A DNA stretch of 32,000 nt from Wolbachia endosymbiont of Dirofilaria (Dirofilaria) immitis (lineage in GTDB: Bacteria > Pseudomonadota > Alphaproteobacteria > Rickettsiales > Anaplasmataceae), in assembly GCF_013365455.1 (NCBI RefSeq), contig NZ_CP046578.1, positions 360,001 through 392,000 on the forward strand. Reading direction: 5' to 3'. The notes beneath the pieces are model-generated. The model was not told the origin of the DNA, searched no databases, and was given only the letters and a program-made list of their open reading frames with translations. Below are positions 1 to 11,321 of this stretch, piece by piece; the first letter of the stretch is position 1, and the number at the start of each line of letters is the position of its first letter. The translations under genes were made by a program, and so were the position numbers.

Positions 1-72
1 TTAATGATGATACCTCCTGTATAGACTAAGATTTTTCTTTGGTTTAGTATGTATATGTGGTAGAAAAAGTCT

Positions 73-1467
73 ATGGTGAAAGAATTGTTAGTAAAAACTG
101 ATGTAGCGCAAGTTGGAGATAAGAAAGCGGCGAGAGGCTTTTTAAAGATACTGGGTGAAGTAACAGATGCTGTGAGGTCATGGATTGGTAATATTGGTCC
201 TGATTTAGATAATAGTCGCGATATCAGTAGTCTGGTTTTGAAGATGAGTGAGTGCTTAAATCCAAGGGGAGGAGAAGTTTCAGCACGTAAAAACACTGTA
301 TCTCTTGGTAACTTGTATTTAAGTTTATCAGAAAAAGGTAAAATAAGGTTTTTGCAAACTCTAGCAGAAAAATTTAACACGAGTAAGGTAGAAGTAGATG
401 AGAAAATAAAAGGATACTATGAGAATAGGAATTCTGAGTTAGACTATAAATTTGAACAAGACTTGATAAAAGTTCTTGAATCACCGCGTTCTAAAATACT
501 AAAGCAATTTATCTCTTTGCCAGAAGGACTCAAATTTATTGTTGATATGCGTTCTGATGTACTTAAGTTGAGGAATCAATATAAGGAGCTCAATCGATTA
601 GAAAGTGAACTAAAAAGCATACTTCTTTCCTGGGTTGATGTTGATTTACTTGATCTTTGTCAGATTACTTGGGGTTCACCTGCATCATTGTTAGAAAAAC
701 TTATAAAATATGAAGCTGTGCACAAAATTTCTTCATGGGGTGATCTAAAGAATAGGCTAGATTCTGACCGTCTCTGTTTTACCTTTTTTCATTATAAAAT
801 ACCAAATGAACCTCTAATTTTTGTAGAAGTTGCGTTAATGAATAAAATTGCAGATAGCATTCAACACCTTTTAGATGAGTCAATGCCTTCAAGTGATCCG
901 AATAATGCAAATACTGCTATATTCTATTCAATATCAAATACTCAAGCAGGGTTATCTGGAATTAGTCTAGGTAATTTTTTGATCAAAAGAGTTGTAGAAA
1001 AGCTGTCGCAGGAGTTTAAAAGTATAAAAACATATGCAACGCTTTCTCCGATACCTGGCTTTATAAAATGGCTAAAATGGAACCTAAGTCGGGATATTAC
1101 TTTGCTAGAGAAATTAGGTATAAAACAATCTAGTACAGAGATTTTAGAAAGCATAGAGCAATTAAGAACTAACATTGAATATGAGAAACAATACTTGTTG
1201 AAGCTTTGTGCATATTACTTGTTAAAGGTTAAAAACGATAACGGCGGTGCCTATGACCAAGTAGCACACTTTCACTTGAGTAATGGTGCATCAATAAAGC
1301 AGCTGAACTGGATGGCGGATACTTCTGAAAAGGGCATTAGTCAGTCGGCTGGTATGATGGTAAATTACTTATATGAATTATCTAAAATAGATAATAATCA
1401 CGAAAATTATATGGTTAATAAAATGATTTCTTGTGCAAGGCAGGTGTCATCCATATCGAAAGGATAA
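73..1467 (+). CDS. malonyl-CoA decarboxylase family protein
   Basis: 464-aa ORF. The C-terminal catalytic-domain signature 'VAHFHLSNGA...LNWMADTSEKGISQSAGMMVNYLY' is typical of the MCD family, and the length is right for bacterial MCD. Confidence 0.8.
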   Translation: MVKELLVKTDVAQVGDKKAARGFLKILGEVTDAVRSWIGNIGPDLDNSRDISSLVLKMSECLNPRGGEVSARKNTVSLGNLYLSLSEKGKIRFLQTLAEKFNTSKVEVDEKIKGYYENRNSELDYKFEQDLIKVLESPRSKILKQFISLPEGLKFIVDMRSDVLKLRNQYKELNRLESELKSILLSWVDVDLLDLCQITWGSPASLLEKLIKYEAVHKISSWGDLKNRLDSDRLCFTFFHYKIPNEPLIFVEVALMNKIADSIQHLLDESMPSSDPNNANTAIFYSISNTQAGLSGISLGNFLIKRVVEKLSQEFKSIKTYATLSPIPGFIKWLKWNLSRDITLLEKLGIKQSSTEILESIEQLRTNIEYEKQYLLKLCAYYLLKVKNDNGGAYDQVAHFHLSNGASIKQLNWMADTSEKGISQSAGMMVNYLYELSKIDNNHENYMVNKMISCARQVSSISKG

Positions 1468-1529
1468 GTAAATAATTGTTTTAATACTATTTAAAATGCA
1501 AAATAAGTTCTACTTAAGTAAGCAGATTG

Positions 1530-3326
1530 ATGAATAAAATAAGAAATTTTGCAATAATAGCGCATGTAGACCATGGGAAATCAACGCTTGCTGACCGTTT
1601 AATAGAGAAATGTAATGGCCTTGAGGTGAGAGAAATGACTGATCAAATGCTCGATTCAATGGAGATAGAACGTGAGCGTGGAATTACAATCAAAGCGCAG
1701 ACAGTGAAACTTAGCTATACTGCAAATGATGGTAATCAATATTGCTTAAATCTTATGGATACTCCTGGTCATGTTGATTTTTCATATGAAGTAAGTCGAA
1801 GCTTAGCTGCGTGTGAAGGTTCGCTCTTGGTAGTAGATAGTAGTCAGGGAGTTGAAGCTCAGACTCTTGCAAATGTATATAAGGCAATTGATAATAATCA
1901 TGAGATAATAGTTGTACTCAATAAAGTCGATCTTCCTGCTGCAGATCCAGAGAAGGTGAGACTTCAGGTTAAGGAATTGATTGGTATTGATGCAAGTAAG
2001 TCAATTTTAATATCGGCAAAAACTGGACTTGGAATAATGGATGTATTGGAAGCAATAGTAACAAAGCTTCCAGCTCCACAGGGTGACATAAATGCTCCAC
2101 TGCAAGCAATTTTAGTTGATAGTTGGTATGATTCTTATTTGGGGGTGATAATTTTAGTGCGAGTTAAGGATGGAGTACTGAAAAAAGGTATGAGAATTAT
2201 TATGATGTCTAATAATGCTACGTATCAGGTAAATGATATCGGCATTTTTACTCCTAAGAAGATTATGACTGGTGAACTCTCAGCAGGTGAAGTTGGTTTT
2301 GTAACTGCTTCAATAAAAGAAGTGGCAGACTGTAAAGTAGGGGACACTATTACTGAAGAGAAAAGACCGTGCGGTGAGGCATTACCAGGCTTTAAAGAGG
2401 TGCACCCTGTTGTATTTTGTAGTATTTTCCCTAACAAAACATGTAGCTTTAAATATTTGAGAGAAGCGCTAAAGAAATTACACCTAAATGATACAAGCTT
2501 TACTTTTGAAACTGAGACTTCAAGTGCGCTAGGTTATGGATTTCGTTGTGGTTTTTTAGGAATATTACATCTTGAAGTTATTCGAGAAAGGCTCGAGAGA
2601 GAATTTGATTTAAGCCTAACAGTAACCGCACCAAGTGTTATATATAGGGTTATAACAAAAAATGGAGAGGTTCTGAATATTTATAACTCTAGTAACATGC
2701 CAGATCCAACAAAAATTAAAATGGTAGAGGAACCATGGGTTACTGCGACCATAATGGCACCTAACCAATATTTGGGAGAAATTCTCTCTTTGTGTAAAGA
2801 GAGAAGGGGAGAACAGAAAGATTTATATTATATTGGCAATACATTAACAGCATTACTAAAATATAAGTTGCCACTGTCTGAGGTTATTTTTGACTTTTAT
2901 GATAGGCTGAAATCAATTTCTAAGGGATACTCGAGTTTAGATTGGGAAATTTCTGGTTATCAGGAAAGTCAAATAGATAAGCTGAGTTTTTTAGTCAATG
3001 GAGAATCAGTCGATGCATTAGCATGCATTATTCACAAAAGTAGAATAGAAAAAAGGGGACGAGAAATATGCTCTCGTTTGAAGGGTTTAATACCGCGCCA
3101 GCAATACAAAATTGTGATTCAAGCAGCAGTAGGTGGTAAAATTATTGCTAGAGAGACGATTAACCCGTACAGAAAGGATGTGACAACTAAGCTCTATGGC
3201 GGAGATATAACACGAAGGATGAAGCTTTTAGAAAAACAAAAAAAAGGTAAGAAAAGGCTATATTCTATAGGAAGCATAAATATTCCACATAGTGCTTTTA
3301 TTCAAGCTTTGAAAATAAATGACTAG
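1530..3326 (+). CDS. lepA: elongation factor 4 (LepA)
   Basis: GTPase motifs '[14 protein letters not shown]', 'DTPGHVDF' and 'NKVDL', plus the LepA-specific C-terminus '[22 protein letters not shown]'. The ORF track starts at TTG 1527; the adjacent ATG at 1530 is the more likely start. Confidence 0.96.
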   Translation: MNKIRNFAIIAHVDHGKSTLADRLIEKCNGLEVREMTDQMLDSMEIERERGITIKAQTVKLSYTANDGNQYCLNLMDTPGHVDFSYEVSRSLAACEGSLLVVDSSQGVEAQTLANVYKAIDNNHEIIVVLNKVDLPAADPEKVRLQVKELIGIDASKSILISAKTGLGIMDVLEAIVTKLPAPQGDINAPLQAILVDSWYDSYLGVIILVRVKDGVLKKGMRIIMMSNNATYQVNDIGIFTPKKIMTGELSAGEVGFVTASIKEVADCKVGDTITEEKRPCGEALPGFKEVHPVVFCSIFPNKTCSFKYLREALKKLHLNDTSFTFETETSSALGYGFRCGFLGILHLEVIRERLEREFDLSLTVTAPSVIYRVITKNGEVLNIYNSSNMPDPTKIKMVEEPWVTATIMAPNQYLGEILSLCKERRGEQKDLYYIGNTLTALLKYKLPLSEVIFDFYDRLKSISKGYSSLDWEISGYQESQIDKLSFLVNGESVDALACIIHKSRIEKRGREICSRLKGLIPRQQYKIVIQAAVGGKIIARETINPYRKDVTTKLYGGDITRRMKLLEKQKKGKKRLYSIGSINIPHSAFIQALKIND

Positions 3327-3342
3327 TATATGGAAGTATAAC

Positions 3343-4626
3343 TTAAAGACACTTAGATTTACTAATGAAATGTTCCTCTACATAATTATCAATAATTGTC
3401 TTAAATTCTTCAAATATGGTGTTGCCTTGTAAAGTCTTAAAGTACTTACCATCTTTATAGACTGCTGAAACTGATTTTTCTCCATATCCAGGTAAACTAA
3501 TTCCTAAATTAGCATATTTACTTTCTCCAGGGCCGTTCACAATGCAACCCATGACAGCAATATTCATATGTTCTACACCTGGATTTTTTTTCTTCCAGAT
3601 TGGCATGCGAATTTTTATGTAATCATTTACTTCTTCAGTCAATACACGAAAGCGATTGCTATTTGTGCGTCCACATCCAGGACATGAACTAACTTGAGGA
3701 TTAAAGTGGCGTAAGCCTATGGACTGCAATATTTCTTGACACACTTTTACTTCATTAATTCGTGATTCACCAGGACGTTGAGTTAAAGAGGCGCGTATCG
3801 TATCTCCAATACCATTTTGTAATAAGTAAGTAAGTCCTGCTGTGGTGTTTATCACCCCTTGATTGCCCATGCCAGCTTCTGTTAAGCCCAAGTGCAAAGC
3901 ATAGTTAGAAGACCTTGCAAGTGCCATGTAAACTAAAATTAGATCTCGCACTTTGCTTGCTTTACAGGAAATAATTATTTTGTCTGAGTTGAGTCCAATT
4001 TCTTCAGCTTTTTTTGCGCTGTTGAGAACAGATGTTATAAGTGCCCTGTGTAATATAATATCAGGGGATTTTGGATTATTGGATAAAGAGTTTTTATCCA
4101 TCAGTTTTTGTATAAGATACTTATCAAGGCTACCCCAATTTACCCCAATCCTGACGGGAAGATCGTGTTTTACTACATATTCTATAACTCTTTCAAATTT
4201 TCTATCACGTTTATTACCAAAACCTATATTACCTGGGTTTATTCTAATTTTACCTAGCATTTTGATGTTATCTGGATAATTTTGGATTAATTTATCCAAT
4301 TCGTATTGCCCGCAACCTACTAATATTTTGTAATCAAAACCCTCTTTATTTATCTCTTCTGCTATATAAGGTATTGCTTTTGCTACTTTTTCTGAATTCA
4401 AAGCAATTCGTACCAGCTCTGAGCCTGCATGCGCTAGTTCTATTATTTCTTTTGCATATTTCTTAGCACTGTTTTTAATGTTATTAGGATCTATATACAC
4501 ACCAAGTGCCATAGATTGTATAGCTATAGGATTATTCCCGCCTATCTTTACTTGTCCAACTTTTACAACATGGGTTTTATGTCGAGGAAACTTGTATAGT
4601 TTATTCCACGGATTTTCATTTAACAT
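3343..4626 (-). CDS. ispG: 4-hydroxy-3-methylbut-2-en-1-yl diphosphate synthase (IspG/GcpE)
   Basis: 427 aa. Fe-S ligand motifs 'SCPGCGRT' and '[10 protein letters not shown]', plus a TIM-barrel N-terminal region '[19 protein letters not shown]'. Confidence 0.95.
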   Translation of the reverse strand: MLNENPWNKLYKFPRHKTHVVKVGQVKIGGNNPIAIQSMALGVYIDPNNIKNSAKKYAKEIIELAHAGSELVRIALNSEKVAKAIPYIAEEINKEGFDYKILVGCGQYELDKLIQNYPDNIKMLGKIRINPGNIGFGNKRDRKFERVIEYVVKHDLPVRIGVNWGSLDKYLIQKLMDKNSLSNNPKSPDIILHRALITSVLNSAKKAEEIGLNSDKIIISCKASKVRDLILVYMALARSSNYALHLGLTEAGMGNQGVINTTAGLTYLLQNGIGDTIRASLTQRPGESRINEVKVCQEILQSIGLRHFNPQVSSCPGCGRTNSNRFRVLTEEVNDYIKIRMPIWKKKNPGVEHMNIAVMGCIVNGPGESKYANLGISLPGYGEKSVSAVYKDGKYFKTLQGNTIFEEFKTIIDNYVEEHFISKSKCL

Positions 4627-4636
4627 ATCATTAAAC

Positions 4637-5275
4637 TTATTCTGCTGTATCAGCTACACCCCTAAATAAATCCGAACCATTTGAATTATGTTGTTCCTCA
4701 TTATTAAGATCAGTGATAGAATCATGGGAGCATGTTTTTTTTAATAGTGTGTTTTTTGTAGTGACGTTTATGGGAGAATTTTTTTTCTCTTGTAGTGCTT
4801 TATTAAGCTTTTTCTCCTTTTGCTGTTTATCTTCGCGTTTTTCGTTTTTATATTCAGGAATCTGCCCTTGATCTATAAACGTAGCTCCTTTCAGACGTGC
4901 AATATTGATACCGTGCTGATTTATCATATCTTCTTTTTCATCTTTAGCCATACATGTTTCTAAATCTCTTAGCCTATGTTTAAGAATGGCAATTTTTTTT
5001 TTCTCTAACTTTTTAGCTAAGTTTTCTTTGCTTATGCTAGTATTAACACGGCCCTGCAACTTTTTCTTCCTTAGAAGTTCTCTACGTTTCTCATATAGTT
5101 TGTATGATTCGGCAAAATCTTCGTCTTCATAAAAACTTGCACCACCAGGATTACCTGGAGGTTTATATTTCTCACTCAGTTTTATTTTAGACTTGGCTTC
5201 AGCACTGCTCACAATAAAAGAGCTAAAAACTAAAAACGTTAGTGTAAATAAAACTTTAAAAGAAATCTCAAGCAT
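4637..5275 (-). CDS. hypothetical secreted/periplasmic Lys/Glu-rich protein
   Basis: 212-aa ORF with an N-terminal signal-peptide-like segment '[22 protein letters not shown]|KSK'. The remainder is highly charged (K/E/R-rich, coiled-coil-like). It lies 10 nt upstream of ispG on the same strand. I recognise no family. Confidence 0.6.
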   Translation of the reverse strand: MLEISFKVLFTLTFLVFSSFIVSSAEAKSKIKLSEKYKPPGNPGGASFYEDEDFAESYKLYEKRRELLRKKKLQGRVNTSISKENLAKKLEKKKIAILKHRLRDLETCMAKDEKEDMINQHGINIARLKGATFIDQGQIPEYKNEKREDKQQKEKKLNKALQEKKNSPINVTTKNTLLKKTCSHDSITDLNNEEQHNSNGSDLFRGVADTAE

Positions 5276-6577
5276 ATGTTATTATAGTAAATATTATTTT
5301 TTTTTAAATAGCAACTAACAGATTTTAAGTAAACTGAATCCTTAATTAATTTTATAGTGAATAGTGGCTTATGTTTGATTAACACAAATAAATCTTTCAA
5401 ATATATATATTCTTAGCTTATTTTATTCCTGCTTTTTGCTATTATTTTTTTATAATATATATAAAATAGTTGATTTTTTAGTTATTATAATGTAAAATTA
5501 AATAATAGTTAGTGAAAAAAATGATGTTAATATTTAAAAAAGATTTAAATACTTTGTCAGAAAGTTTGGTAAAGCTGATACAAAGTTTCATCTCCAGGTA
5601 GCAGTAAAGGGAACAATGATTTCCTATGATTTATGTAGCTACTATTCAGGTATAAGGGCTGGAAAAAAGAAAGTTTCTAAGAGTAATTCAAGGGTTAAAT
5701 ATTTTGCTTGAGATGAATAGTCTAACTAGGCAAGATTTATGATGAAGAAAATTATATAACCTGATAGATAAGTCGTATGGTATAACTGGTTAGATTAGTT
5801 GAAGAAGAAAGAGGTTATATGGTTTATGTATTCATGCTTGATGGAAAGCTAATAACTTGCAAATATGTTAATAAAGCTAAGTTAGCTCACTGTCGTTCGA
5901 TATTTGTGAGTGGTAACCTGGTTTTGTGTTCTGCTTTAATAAAGATGAAAGGAGAGATAAAGTAGCTCATATGGATAATAACAGTGGGTGTTACAAACTG
6001 GCACTAGTGAATTTATACAATGTAGTGGGAGAATTAAAATTAGAAGATCATTCTTAAAGAATGCAAGAATTATTTAACTAGCATATTGGACTGATTCCAT
6101 AAAGTAAACTCTATTTATGTATAAAATCGTCTCAGCAGAGCAGGAATTGATAAAGAGATTGATGGGAAAAAGGGAAAAATGTGTTGACTAAGAATAGTAG
6201 GAAGCATTCTATTAAATGCAAAGAAAGTACAATGAAGTAAATTATAGGCATAAGCCTAAATTGTACTATGCTAAAGATAGAAAGTTATAAAAAATAGGTA
6301 AAATAGAGGGTATAAGTATAACTTTTATTATGGGAATATTGCAATGGCTTCATTAAACTTCTAAACTTTAAAAAGCATAACTGTATTTATATAGCTCATT
6401 TAAAAGATTAAAAAAGTGATATGCTTCTCAGGTCATGTAATGGGAAAGTTAAAATTACTGTAAAAAGATTGATACTTAGTGAATATACAGTTTTTTTATG
6501 AGTGTAAGCTTAGCGGTAAATTTAAAGATAGGTAGTATTAAACAATTAGGCAATGCAGGAGTTATAAAAAAAACTCC

Positions 6578-7465
6578 CTAATAACTACCTAAAACTCTTA
6601 TTTCCCATTCAAGTTCAACGTTAAACTTATTTTTCACTGCATCTTTTACTCTGTTACCAAGTGTTTCTAAGTCAGATGCAGTTGCATTATTATAATTGAG
6701 CAAAAAATTACAGTGCTTCTTAGAAATTTTAGCTCCACCATTATTTAATCCTCGGCATCCAGACTCGTCAATCAGTTTCCATGCTTGGTAGTCTTTTGGA
6801 TTTTTAAATATACATCCAGCAGTTTTCCCTCTTATGGGCTGACTTTTATTTCTTTCATCAATAATTTTCTTCAGTTTTCTGAATATAGTTTTATACTCTG
6901 AACTTACTCCTTTAAATTCAGCTTCAACAAAAATCCACCGCTTGTTCGAGCTATGCCCACGATAAATGTAACCCATCTTTTTACTTGAAAATTCATACAG
7001 ATTTCCATCTTCTAAATTTACTGCTTTTATGGATTGTATAACACTTGCAATATCGCTGCCATATGCGCCTGCATTCATTTCTATTCCACCACCAACTGTG
7101 CCTGGAATTCCAACTAGAAACTCTAGTCCACTGATTTGCTTCTCCCCTGCAAAGTGAGCTAAATCGCTAAGTAATGCAGCACCACCAGCAACGATAGAGT
7201 TGTTGCCCTTATATCTAATATATCCAAACTCCTTACCCAATTTTACTGTTATTCCTCTGATGCCACTGTCTCGCACTATTATATTAGATGTTGCGCCAAT
7301 AACATTAATTGGTAATTCAGTATTTTTAACTAAATATATTAGATCTTTAATGTCGTGCGGCTTAAATAACACATCTGCTTGTCCACCTACATTTAACCAT
7401 GTTATTTTAGACATTAAAGTGTTATATCGATAGACTCCACGCACTTTAGGTAAGCTTATAAGCAT
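6578..7465 (-). CDS. murB: UDP-N-acetylenolpyruvoylglucosamine reductase (MurB)
   Basis: 295 aa. FAD-binding-domain motifs 'TWLNVGGQADVLFKP' and 'GIPGTVGGGIEMNAGAYG'. The C-terminal 'CIFKNP' region is typical of MurB. Confidence 0.93.
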   Translation of the reverse strand: MLISLPKVRGVYRYNTLMSKITWLNVGGQADVLFKPHDIKDLIYLVKNTELPINVIGATSNIIVRDSGIRGITVKLGKEFGYIRYKGNNSIVAGGAALLSDLAHFAGEKQISGLEFLVGIPGTVGGGIEMNAGAYGSDIASVIQSIKAVNLEDGNLYEFSSKKMGYIYRGHSSNKRWIFVEAEFKGVSSEYKTIFRKLKKIIDERNKSQPIRGKTAGCIFKNPKDYQAWKLIDESGCRGLNNGGAKISKKHCNFLLNYNNATASDLETLGNRVKDAVKNKFNVELEWEIRVLGSY

Positions 7466-8334
7466 CTTAATTTTAATTCTAATCCTGCATCCACGCCCAT
7501 TTTTTCTGCGTCTTCTGCAAACGAAGTGCGTTCAGTAAAGTATATATCTTTCTCATCTGCTAGCATACAACGGAGACGTAGCATATTTTCACTCACATAT
7601 TCTGCTAAGGCTGCAAGCGGTGTGAAGCATGAACCATTTACTGTCTTCATGAAGCTGCGCTCTGATTTTACTCTTGTGGAAGATTTGTTGTCATTAATTT
7701 TCTCTAAAAGATCAATAATTTTTATATCATTTTTCCGACATTGAATACAAATTGCTCCTTGTCCTACTGCGCTTAGCATAGTTTTTGATGGTAATATCTC
7801 TGTAATTAAGAGGTGTTTTTTTAGTCTCATTAGCCCAGCTTCAGCTAAGATTATTCCATCAAAACTATAATTTTGCAGTCTAGTTACTACGTTTCCACGC
7901 AGTGGTACTATATTTAAATCTGGTCTGAGATTTAGTAGCTGGACTTTTCTTCTTATTGAGGAGGTTGCAATTGTGGCTTGCTGTGGCAAAGCCTCAAGGC
8001 TATTATGTTGATTAGAAATAAATGTATCGTGTGGACTTAATCTTTTTAAAATACAAGGAATTACTAAATCTTTTGAAAAAAATGCAGGGACATCTTTTAC
8101 CGAATGAACTGCCATATCTATATTATTTTTAAGCAATTCAATCTCAATTTCCTTGAGAAACAGTCCTTTGCCTCCTATTTCAGCTAAGTTTACATTGGTA
8201 TATTTATCACCGGAAGTTTTTATCTTAATGATTTCGATGAACAAGTGGGGAAAAGAGTTTATCAGTTTTTGTTTTGCTTCTAAAGCTTGAGCAATTGCAA
8301 GGCTGCTTCCTCTGGTACCTATTTTGACTAGCAT
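7456..8334 (-). CDS. hemC: porphobilinogen deaminase (hydroxymethylbilane synthase, HemC)
   Basis: 292 aa. N-terminal 'IGTRGSSLAIAQA' and the cofactor-cysteine region 'NGSCFTPLAALA'. Its 3' end overlaps the murB start by 10 nt. Confidence 0.93.
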   Translation of the reverse strand: MLVKIGTRGSSLAIAQALEAKQKLINSFPHLFIEIIKIKTSGDKYTNVNLAEIGGKGLFLKEIEIELLKNNIDMAVHSVKDVPAFFSKDLVIPCILKRLSPHDTFISNQHNSLEALPQQATIATSSIRRKVQLLNLRPDLNIVPLRGNVVTRLQNYSFDGIILAEAGLMRLKKHLLITEILPSKTMLSAVGQGAICIQCRKNDIKIIDLLEKINDNKSSTRVKSERSFMKTVNGSCFTPLAALAEYVSENMLRLRCMLADEKDIYFTERTSFAEDAEKMGVDAGLELKLRCL

Positions 8335-8401
8335 GTATCTAAGTTTTAACTTAAACAGTTTTTACAATTAGTTTATAATCAATATTTTGTACTTACAACT
8401 T

Positions 8402-9916
8402 ATGCATAATAAGCTTATAATCAAGTCTTTTTTGGTGCTATGCATTTTTTTGTTTGCTTTATATACAATACTGCCAAACTCCTTTGATAGTAAGTTCCTT
8501 GTTTCAAAAAAAAGAATAAACCTAGGACTTGACCTAAAGGGTGGGTCATCTTTACTTCTTAATGTAGACTTGAATTTTTTCTTTAAAGAGAAGTTAAATA
8601 TATTAGCTACTGAGATAAAGGAAAGTCTACTAACAAAAAATATTGAATCTAGAGTACAAAGGGGTAGACAAGTAGTTGTAGCTTTAACCAATGTTGATGA
8701 TTATAAGAGAGTTTCAATATTAATTCATAAAATAAACCCAAATTTAGAGCTAAATAGAAAAGGTACTTCAGTTTTCGTCTCATATAAACCTCATTACAGA
8801 AATTCTCTGATCAATGAAGTAGTTTCAAGGTCAATAAGTAATATTCAGAAACGTTTGGATAGACTTGGTACTAGAGAAGTAAGTATACAAAAACAAGGAC
8901 AGAATAATATATTAGTCCAAGTGCCTGGAGTAGAAGATATTGAACAAATAAAATCTCTACTTGGTAAAACTGCTAAGCTAAGTTTCCATTTAGCAAACAC
9001 TAAGGTAGCTAAAATGAAGGATATAGATCATGAAACTACTATAATACTTAAGGACACTTTAGGTAATTCTTATCCAATATTTCGCAAAACTGAAATAGGT
9101 GGTGATTCATTGGTTAACGTATCAGTTAGATTTGGTCACTTGGGCAAACCAACAGTACATTTTAAATTTGACGGTATAGCAAGTAAGAGATTCGCGAAAA
9201 TCACTAAAAAAAATGTTGGAAAGCCCTTTGCAATTGTTTTAGATAACACAGTCTTGACCATGCCAATAATACGTGAACCAATTCTAAATGGAGAAGGAGA
9301 AATCAGTGGTAATTTCACTGAGAGACAAGCAAGTGAACTTGCAATACTTTTAAAGTCTGGAGCACTACCAGCACCACTTAAAATAATAGAAGAGAAAAAT
9401 ATTGGTCCAAGTCTTGGAGAAGAGTCAATAAAAGCAGGGGAAATAGCAGCAATAATCTCTATTACAGCAGTTGCTTTGTTTATAATTATTATTTATGGTA
9501 AGTTAGGCTTATTGGCTTCTGCTGCATTGCTTTTTGATGTGATTTCTATATTGTTAATTCTTACCCTACTTGAGGCAACTTTAACTCTGCCGGGAATCGC
9601 TGGTATTGCACTCACTGTTGGTATGTCAGTAGACGCAAATGTTTTGATATTTGAACGTATTCGTGAGGAGATAAGATCAGGGAAAAGAACAGCACGTGCT
9701 ATTGAAGAAGGGTTTAAAAGTGCAATAAAAACAATTCTTGATTCAAATATTACTACATTAATTGCTGCGGGGGTAATGTTTGTTATTGGCAGCGGAGCAA
9801 TCAGAGGTTTTTCTGTTACTTTATCAGTAGGGATTTTATGTTCTATGTTTTCCGCAATTATAGTTACGAAACTTCTAATGGAGTTATGCGTTAACCCAAA
9901 GAAGTTGGTGCTTTAA
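8402..9916 (+). CDS. secD: protein translocase subunit SecD
   Basis: Contains 'LGLDLKGGSSLLL', 'GMSVDANVLIFERIREE' and a C-terminal six-TM-like hydrophobic block. The ORF track begins at TTG 8387; the first ATG is at 8402. No secF follows. Confidence 0.9.
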   Translation: MHNKLIIKSFLVLCIFLFALYTILPNSFDSKFLVSKKRINLGLDLKGGSSLLLNVDLNFFFKEKLNILATEIKESLLTKNIESRVQRGRQVVVALTNVDDYKRVSILIHKINPNLELNRKGTSVFVSYKPHYRNSLINEVVSRSISNIQKRLDRLGTREVSIQKQGQNNILVQVPGVEDIEQIKSLLGKTAKLSFHLANTKVAKMKDIDHETTIILKDTLGNSYPIFRKTEIGGDSLVNVSVRFGHLGKPTVHFKFDGIASKRFAKITKKNVGKPFAIVLDNTVLTMPIIREPILNGEGEISGNFTERQASELAILLKSGALPAPLKIIEEKNIGPSLGEESIKAGEIAAIISITAVALFIIIIYGKLGLLASAALLFDVISILLILTLLEATLTLPGIAGIALTVGMSVDANVLIFERIREEIRSGKRTARAIEEGFKSAIKTILDSNITTLIAAGVMFVIGSGAIRGFSVTLSVGILCSMFSAIIVTKLLMELCVNPKKLVL

Positions 9917-10685
9917 TTTATGGTGTTATTGATTCTGAAAATAGTAAAATTACTGTAATGCTATCTTCAGGTTTGCGGTACTTTTTTTCTATGTTGCTTG
10001 TGATGATTATTTACTATTTAAACAATAAAGTTATACTTGAATAGTAAAACTATTTGGTGACATGTTTATCATCTTGCTCAGATAAATAAATTTTAATTTC
10101 AGTTTTTATCTGTATGATCCTTAACTTTTAGTTTTAAAGACTTAGTTAAAATCTTAACCTTAGCCAAGGGAAAACTGCTTTGCACTCAGCTTGTAGTTAT
10201 TATAGCTATGTTTGTTATATTGTTTCCCTGCTTATTGATAAATCCAGCGAAAAAAATTCATAAGTAGTGTGATAGAAAGTATGAGTGACAGCATTGATGA
10301 TTGAGTTTTTTTTAAAGTTATCAGTGGGTGTAATATCACTAATCACTATAGACTGTGTGCAAAAAAGCTAAGATGCTAAAAATTGATGTCTTTATATTTC
10401 ACTAATATGCACAACAATTAATATAGATACATGTACGTTATTTATTTTGATTATGGTAATGTTTATTATAGAAGTGAATAGGTCACATATTCCTTTTGAA
10501 GGAGATATTTGTATGATTTTTTTGTAACTAGTTACCTTGCTTTAAGGAAGGTTCTTCTATACATTATAAGACTAGTTTTATCTATTCGCACAATTATCAA
10601 TATGTCGGAATTGCAGTAAACGTATGGTTTGATGTTTATATAGATTATATAATTAATTAAAGAATGTGAGAGTGAAACTTAAAAG

Positions 10686-11282
10686 ATGGTATTAGGTGAA
10701 GATAGTTCAATAATAAGAGAACTTGAAGAAGCTGGGGCAGTTTTATATGGACACTTTGTTTTATCCTCTGGGCTGCATAGTGGTATATATATACAGTGTG
10801 CTAAAATTTTTGAGAATCCAAGTAGAGCCATGAAAATTTGCTCACTATTAACACGTAAAATAAAAAAAGAATTAAATAGTTCTATAGATTTAGTGCTATC
10901 TCCTGCAATTGGTGGAATAATTGTTGGTTACGAGATTGGTAGACAACTTGGAATTAGGACAATATTTTGTGAACGTGTTAACAGTAAGTTTGAATTGCGC
11001 CGTGGATTTGAAATTGAACAAGGTGAAAAACTCTTATTGGTTGAAGATGTAATAACTACTGGTAAATCTTCACTTGAAGCTATGGAATGCGCAGAAGATA
11101 TGGGTGGTAAAGTTATTGCTGGAGCTTCTATAATCAAAAGAAATAGTAAAACGCAATTGTCCTTTCCTATTATATCTTTGTTTGAACTAAATATTAAAAA
11201 TTATAGTGAGCAAGAGCTTCCTGAAGAACTAAAACGACTGCCAATAACCAAGCCAGGAAGCCGAGAATATTTAACAAAGTAA
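10686..11282 (+). CDS. pyrE: orotate phosphoribosyltransferase (PyrE)
   Basis: 198 aa. PRPP-binding motif 'LLLVEDVITTGKSS' and N-terminal 'GHFVLSSGLHSGIY'. Confidence 0.9.
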   Translation: MVLGEDSSIIRELEEAGAVLYGHFVLSSGLHSGIYIQCAKIFENPSRAMKICSLLTRKIKKELNSSIDLVLSPAIGGIIVGYEIGRQLGIRTIFCERVNSKFELRRGFEIEQGEKLLLVEDVITTGKSSLEAMECAEDMGGKVIAGASIIKRNSKTQLSFPIISLFELNIKNYSEQELPEELKRLPITKPGSREYLTK

Positions 11283-11321
11283 TCTTATTTTTGAATATCG
11301 TTTAACAGAGACAGAAAATAC

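Noticed and set aside
1-18. Minus-strand AGGAGG (complement of 13-18) followed by TATCATCATTAA, running off the left edge; possibly the start of a leftward gene using ATT/ATC (infC-like AUU start)
   Set aside because: Only about 5 nt of any such ORF is visible, so the claim cannot be supported from this window.
6558-6577. Hairpin GGAGTT-N8-AACTCC abutting the murB stop, considered as the murB terminator
   Set aside because: The stem is only 6 bp with a T-rich loop, and no T-run follows it on the minus strand. That is insufficient for an intrinsic-terminator call.
10524-10535. 12-nt perfect palindrome GTAACTAGTTAC, preceded by AGGAG + ATG + a 4-codon ORF (10500-10527), about 150 nt upstream of pyrE
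   Set aside because: By rough estimate, a dozen or more 12-nt palindromes are expected in 32 kb of this composition. A 4-codon ORF is not meaningful on its own.
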